From contig CBDCTJ010000007.1 of the NCBI GenBank assembly GCA_965222115.1, forward strand, positions 1,568,001 through 1,632,000: 64,000 nucleotides of DNA. The letters are read 5' to 3'. The translations under genes and the position numbers were made by a program. Positions 47,333 through 55,827 of the stretch are shown here, piece by piece. A model generated the notes under the pieces. The model worked only from the letters and a program-made list of their open reading frames with translations. It had not been told where the DNA came from and searched no databases. Each line of letters starts with the position of its first letter. Within the stretch, counting starts at the first letter, position 1. This DNA is from Planctomycetota bacterium (GTDB lineage: Bacteria; Planctomycetota; PLA2; JAEUHO01).

Positions 47333-48690
47333 ATGAAAGCAAGTACTGCGCTTTTGATTACGGTGGCGATGATTACATTGCTCGCGGCCTTCTTGATCGC
47401 GACGAAGCGGGCGGGCGCGCGTGTTTGGGGCGACGATCAGTGGGATGAAACGGTTGAGGAGTTCGTGCGCAATCGTGTGGCGGCGACGTATGTGGATCGC
47501 TTGGATCCCGAACGTGGGCGCGAAGCGTTCTATCGGGCCATGGATGCCTATGTCGACTTCGACCAATACTGCGATTTCATTCCGCCCGAAGAGCTAAACG
47601 AGTGGCGCGAAGATACGCAGGGTCGTTACGCCGGCCTCGGCATCAAGATCAATGAGGTTCCGGAGGGGTTGGAGATCATTGGTGTGTTGCCCGGTGGTCC
47701 GGCGTCACGTGCGGGCCTTGTGATTGGGCAGACAATTGTGCGTGCCGATGGCGTGTCGCTCGCGGGCAAAGATGCGATGGAAATCACGCGCATGCTGAAA
47801 GGGCCCGCCGACTCAACGGTGCGCGTAGGCATCATGCCCGGTCCGCGACCGGAGAGTGGCCCGCCGATGGGACCCGAACAAGAAATCGTTGTCACTCGTG
47901 GGCATGTCACACCGCCTACCGTGTTTACGAAACGCGTTGGGCCCCGCAAAGACATTGGCTTGATACGACTCAAGGACTTTAGCGATGAGTCGGCCGATGC
48001 CTTTGACCGAGGCATTACGCAACTCGTTTCGACCACGCCACCCGTGCAGGCATTGATCCTGGACTTGCGTCACAACGGTGGCGGCGTGTTGGAAGCCGCC
48101 ATTCGCGTGGCCGATCGCTTTCTTGATACCGGCGACATTGTTCGCATGGAGGGTCGCGTGGCGGCCACCAATCGTCGCCGCGGTGCCGCTCGCGATGACA
48201 ACGACGTATTGCATGTCCCGCTGGTCGTACTCGTGGATGGCCACAGCGCGAGTGCAAGCGAAGTCGTTGCCGGTGCACTGCAGGATCACCGACGTGCGGT
48301 CATAGTGGGTTCGCGCACGTACGGGAAGTTCTTGGTGCATCGATTACCGAGATTCCTTCGCGCGGCGTAGCCGTCAAGCTCACAACATCGCGTTACTACA
48401 CCCCCTTGGGCCGCTCGTATCAGGCCAAGAAAACGCGACCGGGTGTGCGTCCCAAGCCCGCAGGTCTCTTGCCCGACGTAATTGTCGCTCTGGACAAGGA
48501 ACAGACCAAGAAGCTTGAAGAACACTGGGAAGACGAAGAATCGCAATCTTGGGGGCGCAACGACGTTCTCGACGATCCTGTAACCAGTGGCGTCGATCCC
48601 CAGTTGGCGCGTGCCATCAAGCTCCTTCGCGGCGAACTCGCCCTTCAGCGCATTCGCAAGAGCCGCCGAACCGTTCCCCGAAACGGGTAG
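47333..48690 (+). pseudogene. S41 C-terminal processing protease (CtpA/Prc-like), split by a 1-base deletion near 48339 (real lesion or sequencing error)
   Basis: PDZ domain, LILDLRHNGGG, SASASE and TYGK in the first frame. KLTTSRYYTPLGRS, GLLPDV and DPQLARA continue in the second frame. Confidence 0.85.
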
Positions 48691-48734
48691 CTAGCCAACG
48701 ATCCATACGTTGTCAGAGCGCAAAACCGAATTGT

Positions 48735-49763
48735 CTACCCGGCTCCATCGGGCGAGCTGGCGAATACATCGATTTCTAGGTCCCCGCGTTGTCCGGCCTC
48801 GTAAAGTTGGGCGCCGCGCAGCGCGATCATGGCGCCGTTGTCGCAACACAGCGGCATGCTGGGCACGTGCACGCGCAGGTGTTCTGGCGCGCGCTCCGCA
48901 AGCAACCGTCGCAGTTCGTTGTTGGCGGCCACGCCTCCACCAATGGCAACGTCCGAGATGCCCAATTGTTCTGCCGCGTTCAACGTGCGATCGCAAAGTA
49001 CGTCAACCACTGCGCGTTGAAACGAAGCCGCGACGTCGGCGTAGCTACATTCCAAGTCGTCTCGTGTGGGGGCGTTGCGTTTGCCACCCGGGCCTTTGAG
49101 GAAGTACAGCACCGACGTCTTGACGCCCGAGAACGAGAAATCTAAGGGACGTCTCTTCACGCGCGCCCGCGGAAAGCGCACGGCCTTCGGATTGCCCGTT
49201 TCTGCAAGGCGGCTGATTGCGGGGCCGCCCGGTTGGGAAAGCCCGAGCATCACAGCCACCTTGTCGAAACATTCGCCCGCTGCGTCGTCGATGGTGGAGC
49301 TCACAAGCACTACGGTTGTCGGATCGTGGCACGCATAGATGGCGGTATGCCCGCCCGATGCAACCAACGAAAGAAAGGGAAACGACAGCGTTGGCACGTC
49401 GGCCATGGCCGACACGCAGTGGGCCTCAATGTGGTGCACGCCGAGTATGGGAATGTCGTGTACCCACGCCAACGACTTCGCGGCGGCAACGCCCACCATG
49501 AGAGAGCCAATCAGACCGGGTCGATTGGTAACCGCGATGAGGTCGATGTCGCCCATCGTCGCGTTGGCGTCGCTCAGGGCGCGATCGATGATCCACGTCA
49601 TGCGTTCAGCGTGGGCGCGGCTCGCAATCTCGGGCACCACGCCACCAAAGGCCGCGTGCAAATCGTGTTGACTGGCGATGACATTGCTTCTCACATGTCG
49701 CGGCGTCTCCAGCACGGCTGCCGCGGTGTCGTCGCAGGAAGTGTCGATACCCAGAACCAGCAT
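48735..49763 (-). CDS. tsaD: tRNA N6-threonylcarbamoyladenosine synthesis protein
   Basis: LGIDTSCDDT, GGVVPEIASRAH, HHIEAH, SGGHT, DDAAGECFDK, FSFSG, DNGAMIA. Confidence 0.97.
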   Translation of the reverse strand: MLVLGIDTSCDDTAAAVLETPRHVRSNVIASQHDLHAAFGGVVPEIASRAHAERMTWIIDRALSDANATMGDIDLIAVTNRPGLIGSLMVGVAAAKSLAWVHDIPILGVHHIEAHCVSAMADVPTLSFPFLSLVASGGHTAIYACHDPTTVVLVSSTIDDAAGECFDKVAVMLGLSQPGGPAISRLAETGNPKAVRFPRARVKRRPLDFSFSGVKTSVLYFLKGPGGKRNAPTRDDLECSYADVAASFQRAVVDVLCDRTLNAAEQLGISDVAIGGGVAANNELRRLLAERAPEHLRVHVPSMPLCCDNGAMIALRGAQLYEAGQRGDLEIDVFASSPDGAG

Positions 49764-49848
49764 GCGATAAGCGTACTCGACGCGCGCTTCATGAATAATC
49801 CAGGGTACGCGGGTTGCGCCGCGTTGGCTTCCGTGGTCCGATTGCACC

Positions 49849-50859
49849 ATGCCGCGCAACGCACGATTTGCGAGTTATCTGACGGGGATGGTCCTCATGT
49901 GCTGCGCGTTCCGCGCAGTATCGATGCCCGCTATGGCAAAGGAGCCGGCTCCCGAAGGCAGCGCAGCGTGCGAACTCTCCGCCCTAATGTTGCGGTCGTC
50001 CCACGCGTGGCGTGCCGCCTACGACGGTGTGCGAGCCGGCCTCGAACGTGCCCGTCTCCCGCGCATTTGTTTGGACGCCGTGGACACGCCTGATGCGCGC
50101 ACGGCGTTGGAGAAACGGCTGCGGGATTCCGGCGATGAACGCAAGGCGCACGGCAAATCGCGATTCCCAGTCTTCTTGGTTGGTAATGGGACGGTTCGCG
50201 AACTCTCGACGTTCGCCTCGCGCGAGCCGCGAATTGCCATTGTTGAGCGCTATGCGGCCGGCGATTCGCTTATGGAGCCCCTTCCCACACTCTCAGCGGA
50301 CACCGCCATCGTTTTCGCCCGTCGCGATGCGGCGCGCGTCGGACGTGTATTGCGACTCTTGGCAAGTCAGCAAAGCCGTGCCGCCGTGCCGGTGTACATG
50401 GACGCGACGTCTGCGTCAGCGCGCAAACAGGCCTCGACATTTCTGCATGCTGCGGGCGCGCGTTTGGTGGGTGCCGGTGAACGTCCATTGGCTGTTCTTC
50501 ATGTGCGACTCACCGATCAACCGCGCGAGTCCGTAGATCGGTCCTACGAACGTGCAAAGGCACGAGCCACGTCGTGGCGCGTGCCGCTCATTGCTGATGA
50601 GCGCGAGCGCTGGAATCAAGGGGCAAGCATTGTGCTCATGCCCGACTACGAGCTGGTGGGACGAATTGCCGCCAATGTTGGTCGACTATTGACTGCTGGG
50701 AACCCTCCCCCCAAACAACCCACCGCGGTGCACGGCCTGTTGATGTGGATCAACTTGGCCGAGGCTGACCGCGCGGGACTCACGTTGCCAATGGTGTTGC
50801 TTGCGCAGGCCGATCGAATTCGCAAAGGGCTGGCGCATACACGAAAGCCCAAGCGATGA
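49849..50859 (+). CDS. Periplasmic ABC_sub_bind/YfiR-like protein coupled to a sensor kinase
   Basis: Signal peptide; C-terminal DYELVGRIAA...INLAEADRAGLTLPMVLLAQAD; ATGA overlap with the kinase. Confidence 0.6.
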   Translation: MPRNARFASYLTGMVLMCCAFRAVSMPAMAKEPAPEGSAACELSALMLRSSHAWRAAYDGVRAGLERARLPRICLDAVDTPDARTALEKRLRDSGDERKAHGKSRFPVFLVGNGTVRELSTFASREPRIAIVERYAAGDSLMEPLPTLSADTAIVFARRDAARVGRVLRLLASQQSRAAVPVYMDATSASARKQASTFLHAAGARLVGAGERPLAVLHVRLTDQPRESVDRSYERAKARATSWRVPLIADERERWNQGASIVLMPDYELVGRIAANVGRLLTAGNPPPKQPTAVHGLLMWINLAEADRAGLTLPMVLLAQADRIRKGLAHTRKPKR

Positions 50860-52361
50860 GTCGCTCGCTCGTCATTCTCACGTGCGTGCTCGTGGGGGGC
50901 GTTGTGTTGGTGTTGGGCGCATTGATTCTTCAATGGATCGCCGCCGATGATCGCGCCATGGATCTTCGCCAAGCCGAACGCATTCAACAGTCAACCGAAA
51001 GCGAGATGAAAGTGCTCGCGAAGCGACTCGTGGAGGAGTCGAGCGAGCTTGCCAAGGGCGTGAGTCGCCATCGCGATGAGGCGCTTCGGGAGTGGCTGGA
51101 GCAGGAACCCCTGGCGCTGTACCGCGAGGCGAGCAATCCGGATGTTGTTGATGTAGAGGCATTGATCAATGACCTGATTCCGCGGCTGCGTCTGTGGGGA
51201 CGCGACGAGCAAGATCGCGTGGCGCTCTTGGTGGACCGGCTGGAATTGGTTGGGGACCGCCGCATTGAGACGGCGATGTCGGAGCTTAGTGCGCAGGCCG
51301 CTGCGGATCGCGGACGCGCTCGTGAGCAACGAAGCCGTCGATTGACGTCGCGATTGCTCTGGCTGTTGCTGGGGATGGCCACGCTACTGGCGCTTGCACT
51401 GTGGCGACTGGTGGCGCGCCCGGTTGAACAGACCCGTCGATCCGTGAGACGCATTGCCAGTGGCGACTTGAGTACGCCCGTGGACGTGCCCACGCACGGT
51501 GCGCGTGAGTTTCAGTCGCTTGCCACGGATGTTGAGTCGATGCGTACGCAACTCAAGGCAAGTACCGAGGGTCTCGAACAAGAAGTCGCGCGCAAGACCG
51601 CCTCGCTACAACAGAGTCTTGAGGCGCGCACCAAGACGTTGGATGAACTGAAAGAGACGCAACAACGACTTGTTCAAGCCGCAAAGATGGCAGGGCTTGG
51701 CACCCTGGCCGGAGGGTTGGCCCACGAGTTCAACAACCTGATCGGCGGCGTTCTCGGTTGCATAGAGAATGCCATGGCAGAAACCACGCAATCCGATGTG
51801 AAAGAAGATTTGGTTGTGGCCAAGCGCACTGCGCAGCGAGCCACGAAGTTGGTTCAGGCATTACTTGATGTTGCGCGACCCGGCGACCGCGAGATGACGG
51901 CGGTGTCGCTGCGCGAAATTGCCGATGACGTGGTGCGCGCCGCGCGTCCCACCGCAGCACGCGACGGAAAATCGATCGAGTGGGAGACGCAGGATGAGGC
52001 CGTTGTGCTCGGTGATGCGGGCCAACTCCACCAAGTCACCCTCAATCTGCTTACAAATGCCCTGCAGCACGCCCAACCCGGTGGACGTGTCGTCGTCTCC
52101 ACGATGACGTCTGGCGGTGACGCCGTGGTGCGCGTTCAGGATGATGGCCCGGGCATCCCCGTGGAGCTTCGCGAGCGCATATTCGAGCCCTTCTATACGA
52201 CTCGGCCGGAGGGTACCGGCTTGGGTCTTTTTGTGTCGTATGGCATCGCAGAGCGCCACGGAGGCGCTATTTCGGTCATCGAGGTGCCCATCGGCGCGTG
52301 CGTGGAACTCCGAATCCCGCGCCACCAGCAGTCCACGCGGCCGTCCGACTCCGGAGATTGA
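50856..52361 (+). CDS. Membrane sensor histidine kinase (HAMP, HisKA, HATPase)
   Basis: Two TM helices, HAMP, LAHEFNN, NLLTNA, DDGPGI, FEPFYTT, GTGLGL. Confidence 0.95.
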   Translation: MSRSLVILTCVLVGGVVLVLGALILQWIAADDRAMDLRQAERIQQSTESEMKVLAKRLVEESSELAKGVSRHRDEALREWLEQEPLALYREASNPDVVDVEALINDLIPRLRLWGRDEQDRVALLVDRLELVGDRRIETAMSELSAQAAADRGRAREQRSRRLTSRLLWLLLGMATLLALALWRLVARPVEQTRRSVRRIASGDLSTPVDVPTHGAREFQSLATDVESMRTQLKASTEGLEQEVARKTASLQQSLEARTKTLDELKETQQRLVQAAKMAGLGTLAGGLAHEFNNLIGGVLGCIENAMAETTQSDVKEDLVVAKRTAQRATKLVQALLDVARPGDREMTAVSLREIADDVVRAARPTAARDGKSIEWETQDEAVVLGDAGQLHQVTLNLLTNALQHAQPGGRVVVSTMTSGGDAVVRVQDDGPGIPVELRERIFEPFYTTRPEGTGLGLFVSYGIAERHGGAISVIEVPIGACVELRIPRHQQSTRPSDSGD

Positions 52362-52443
52362 CTGGCTACAACAGGTGTCTGGCGCGGCAGTTGCGTTTCC
52401 CTCGGCTGACCTCTCCCTCAGCTGACCAAGGCAAGGAGTCCCC

Positions 52444-53355
52444 ATGGAACCGGCACGCTCCCGTCCTCCCGCACCCTCATCCAGCTACGATCAACCCACG
52501 CTGAGTCGATTGGGGCAGCCCACGGTACTGGTAATCGACGATGAGGAGTCGATGCGTTACTCGCTTGCGCGCGGCCTTCGGCGTGAGGGCTTTACGTGCG
52601 TCACGTCTGAGACGGGTCGCGCGGGTGTTGATCGGTTCATGGATGGCGGCATCGACGCGGTGCTCACCGACGTTCGGCTGCCCGACCTGTCGGGGATCGA
52701 TATTGTCTCTGTGTTGGGCGAAATCAATCCCGATGTGCCGGTCATTGTTATGACCGGTTACGGCACGATGGACACGGCCCTTGAAGTCATGCGTCGCGGT
52801 GCCGTGGACTTTGTCGCCAAGCCCCTCGTCGTGGAAGATGTCATTCGCACCATTTCGCGCGCCATCGAAGAACGGCGCAGTAAACACGAGAATCGCCGAT
52901 TGCGCGCAATCGTTGAGCGCACCATGTCGCCCGAGAAGTTCCGCGCCGTGCAAGACGAACTGGCGGCCCGCGATGTCTCCGCCACCCACAATGTGCCGCC
53001 GACACATATCAACCGGGCGATATCACAGAATGGCTACTCTGCATCTCCATCACAAGGGACCGATGCCCAGACACCTACGCGGCGTGAAGTCGATGCCAAG
53101 ATTACGGAGCGCACGTTTCGCGCCGCCATGCCGGTGACGCCGTCGGGTCAGCCCTGGCCCCTTCGAGATGCCGTGCGACTCTTTGAAACGGCCTATGTGA
53201 AGGACTTGCTTCGACGTGCCGAAGGCAATATTGCCGCTGCGTCCCGTCTGGCGGGCATTAGCCGCCCCAACTTTCACAAGAAGCTAAAGAACCTGGATGT
53301 GGATGCACAGCCGTTCAAAGATGCCGCAAAACGTGGACGGTCGCAGTCCATGTAG
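52444..53355 (+). CDS. Response regulator, REC + Fis-type HTH, no AAA+ domain
   Basis: VLVIDDE, TDVRLP, MTGYG, AKP; C-terminal GNIAAASRLAGISRPNFHKKLK. Confidence 0.88.
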   Translation: MEPARSRPPAPSSSYDQPTLSRLGQPTVLVIDDEESMRYSLARGLRREGFTCVTSETGRAGVDRFMDGGIDAVLTDVRLPDLSGIDIVSVLGEINPDVPVIVMTGYGTMDTALEVMRRGAVDFVAKPLVVEDVIRTISRAIEERRSKHENRRLRAIVERTMSPEKFRAVQDELAARDVSATHNVPPTHINRAISQNGYSASPSQGTDAQTPTRREVDAKITERTFRAAMPVTPSGQPWPLRDAVRLFETAYVKDLLRRAEGNIAAASRLAGISRPNFHKKLKNLDVDAQPFKDAAKRGRSQSM

Positions 53356-53458
53356 TCATCTCAGAGACGCCCCGTACCCTTTCTGCTGACGTTGCGGGGT
53401 GTCCACGGCGTTACCCAGTGGATACGTTTTCGCTGACTGAGATTGCGCGGAGGGCTCA

Positions 53459-54535
53459 ATGCGCGGACTGATTGTTTTGCTCCTTTTGGCGCTCGTGGGA
53501 TGCGGGCTGTGGCTTTTGCTTGCGGAGGATGGGAGCGACGTCGTGCTCTACTGCGGCGTGGACCAAGATCAAAGTCGACCGATGGTCATGAGCTACGAAA
53601 AAGCCACCGGAACAAGCGTTGATTACGTCGGCGAAACCGAAGCGATGCGCAGTGTGGGTTTGCCCCAAAAGCTGCTTCTTGAAAAAGATCGCCCGCACGC
53701 CGATGTGTACTGGTCCAACGAGATCATGCACATGGTGCATCTCGCCGATGTTGGCGTGATCGACGCATTGCCGGATGGATTGGCATCTCAGTTTCCCGAA
53801 GCCTGGCGCGATCCCAAGGGTCGTTTCATTCAGTTTGGCGCGCGAGCGCGCGTGCTCATGATCAATACCGAACTGTTGCCCGATCCTAAGGATCATCCAA
53901 CGTCGATCCGCGATCTGTTGAATCCTAAATACGCCGAGATGGGGCTCGTTACGTGCATGGCGCGACCCACAACCGGTACGTCCTACACGCATGCGGTCGC
54001 ACTTCTCACGAACGATGAACAAGGCACGCGCGCGTTTTACAAAGACATCATGGCGCACGCGTCCAAGGGGCACCTAAAGCTCGTGGAGTCCAACGGCCAA
54101 GTCATGCGCATGGTGCGTGAGTCGGGTCCCGACAGCCAAACCAAGGTGGCCTTTGGATTGACCGACACCGATGATGCGTGGATTGCATTGTCCGAGCTCG
54201 GCGCGAAGGCGGTTATCGTGTATCCGGATCAGGCGGACGAAGAATTTGGCGCGGTGCTGATACCCAATACGGCGGGACTCATCCGCGGGAGCGCAAACCG
54301 CGCGACCGGTGAGAAGCTCCTTCGTTGGCTTGCAAGCGAGGACGTCGAGGCCCAACTTGCCGCAAGTCGGTCCGCCCAAATTCCCGTACGTCCCGGCGTG
54401 TCCGTGCCGAAGGATGGTCACGTCAAACGCCCCGGCATCGATTTTCGTGCCGCGCGAATCGACTGGTACGCCGTAGGGGCCAATGTGGACCGCTGGCGCG
54501 ACGAACTCACCCGCACGTTTCGTCCGGCGAAGTAG
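53459..54535 (+). CDS. Extracellular solute-binding protein (Fe3+/AfuA-like cluster)
   Basis: VVLYCGVDQ, ADVYWSNE, ARARVL, GLTDTDD, VYPDQ, IPNT. Confidence 0.85.
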   Translation: MRGLIVLLLLALVGCGLWLLLAEDGSDVVLYCGVDQDQSRPMVMSYEKATGTSVDYVGETEAMRSVGLPQKLLLEKDRPHADVYWSNEIMHMVHLADVGVIDALPDGLASQFPEAWRDPKGRFIQFGARARVLMINTELLPDPKDHPTSIRDLLNPKYAEMGLVTCMARPTTGTSYTHAVALLTNDEQGTRAFYKDIMAHASKGHLKLVESNGQVMRMVRESGPDSQTKVAFGLTDTDDAWIALSELGAKAVIVYPDQADEEFGAVLIPNTAGLIRGSANRATGEKLLRWLASEDVEAQLAASRSAQIPVRPGVSVPKDGHVKRPGIDFRAARIDWYAVGANVDRWRDELTRTFRPAK

Positions 54536-54629
54536 ATTTCGAGCACACGCTGCTGCGCGTAACTTCGCTTGCGGCCCATGAAACATGGGGAAATCCCGTG
54601 GCGTCGAGTACCGTGTGCGCCGCAACTGC

Positions 54630-54702
54630 GCCCCCATCGTCCAGTGGTCTAGGACACCGGCCTTTCAAGCCGGAGACACGGGTTCGAACCCCGTTGGGGG
54701 TA
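54630..54702 (+). tRNA. tRNA-Glu(TTC), CCA not encoded
   Basis: GCCCCCATCGTCCAGTGGTCTAGGACACCGGCCTTTCAAGCCGGAGACACGGGTTCGAACCCCGTTGGGGGTA folds as a cloverleaf with anticodon TTC. Confidence 0.96.
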
Positions 54703-54950
54703 TTTCGAGTGTGGATGGTTTCTGTTTCGGTCGGAAGTGCGGACCGATGGATGCTCGGTCCTGCACGCACTCGTCAAGGCTCGCGTGACAAAGCCACGCC
54801 ACGCTTTCCTCATGCGCACATTACCTTCGCCCCAACGATCCGATTGCGAGCGGACGGTGCTTAAGACTTGCAGCGGCGAATCACAAGACCCGGGACGCTT
54901 CAGTCGCCGCGGCTTGGGTGAGTAGAACGGTTGGTAGTGTTAAGCGGATA

Positions 54951-55120
54951 GGCGTGACGGACGGTGCTACGCGCTACATATTCTAAGGGGAGCGCGTGCT
55001 CGCGAATTCTTGCTCCCCCTTCTCCCGAAGGGAGAGAGTAGACACGACTTTGGGAGAGGGGGGAGTAGGAGAAGACGCGCTTTACCCGACCTCACCAAGT
55101 AACCGGCGTCAAGTCACGCC
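54951..55120 (+). ncRNA. Candidate structured RNA (long hairpin with central bubble; 6S-like or REP/MITE-like)
   Basis: GGCGTGAC/GTCACGCC closing stem; GAGCGCGT/ACGCGCTT stem; 23-bp stem 55008-55030/55048-55070 whose 4 non-Watson-Crick pairs are all G.U on the + strand. Confidence 0.45.
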
Positions 55121-55131
55121 AAAGATTCAGA

Positions 55132-55827
55132 TCAACTTTGAGGCAGCGTACGCACACGCATCCCATGCTCTTCTTGCGAACTGATGACGTGCAGCTCGTG
55201 GCGGAGGCGGCGGCCGAGGGTTCGGGCGGAGAGGGGGTGGTGGGCGCAAATGAGGACGCGGTTTTCCCAGGCGTCGAGGGTGAGGACGACGGCGTGGGGG
55301 AAAGGTGTGCGGAGGGTGTGGAGGAGGTCGGTCCAGGGGATGCCGGGTACGGGCAATACGTTGGTGACGCAAACGCCGTCTGGAGTGAGTTGGGTTGCCA
55401 TGCATGCGGGCAGTGCGTCTATGGAAACCGGCGGCTTGGTGAGTTCGCCGTTTACGTCGGCGGAGAGATCTTCAAGGATCAAGTCGAAGGGCTGCGTTTC
55501 TTTGCGAAGCCACTTGAGTGCATCGGCTTGAACGAGCGAAACCTCGCCACACCACGCGTCACACAGTTCGCGAAAGATGGGCTCGCCTTCAAGTGACAGA
55601 TCAACGCCGTGAATTGCGTGCCAACAGCCCATCGCTCGTAGGGGCGCGATCAGTCCGCCTCCGGCAAATCCCAGCATGGCCACGCGCGGTCCCGGCGAAA
55701 GACCGGCAATCGTGGCGGCCAACACATCGAAGAGTGAGTGGGTTGGACCGGGGCGGCTGCGAATCTCGCTGAGGACACAGCCGCCTTCTTCCATGCGCAC
55801 GCCGTGGCGCGTTTTGACGACCCTCAT
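55132..55827 (-). CDS. Spermidine synthase-like SAM-dependent transferase
   Basis: VAMLGFAGGG, GVDLS, ADALKWL, FDLILEDL, LTPDGVCVTN; ATGA overlap with the upstream gene. Confidence 0.78.
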   Translation of the reverse strand: MRVVKTRHGVRMEEGGCVLSEIRSRPGPTHSLFDVLAATIAGLSPGPRVAMLGFAGGGLIAPLRAMGCWHAIHGVDLSLEGEPIFRELCDAWCGEVSLVQADALKWLRKETQPFDLILEDLSADVNGELTKPPVSIDALPACMATQLTPDGVCVTNVLPVPGIPWTDLLHTLRTPFPHAVVLTLDAWENRVLICAHHPLSARTLGRRLRHELHVISSQEEHGMRVRTLPQS

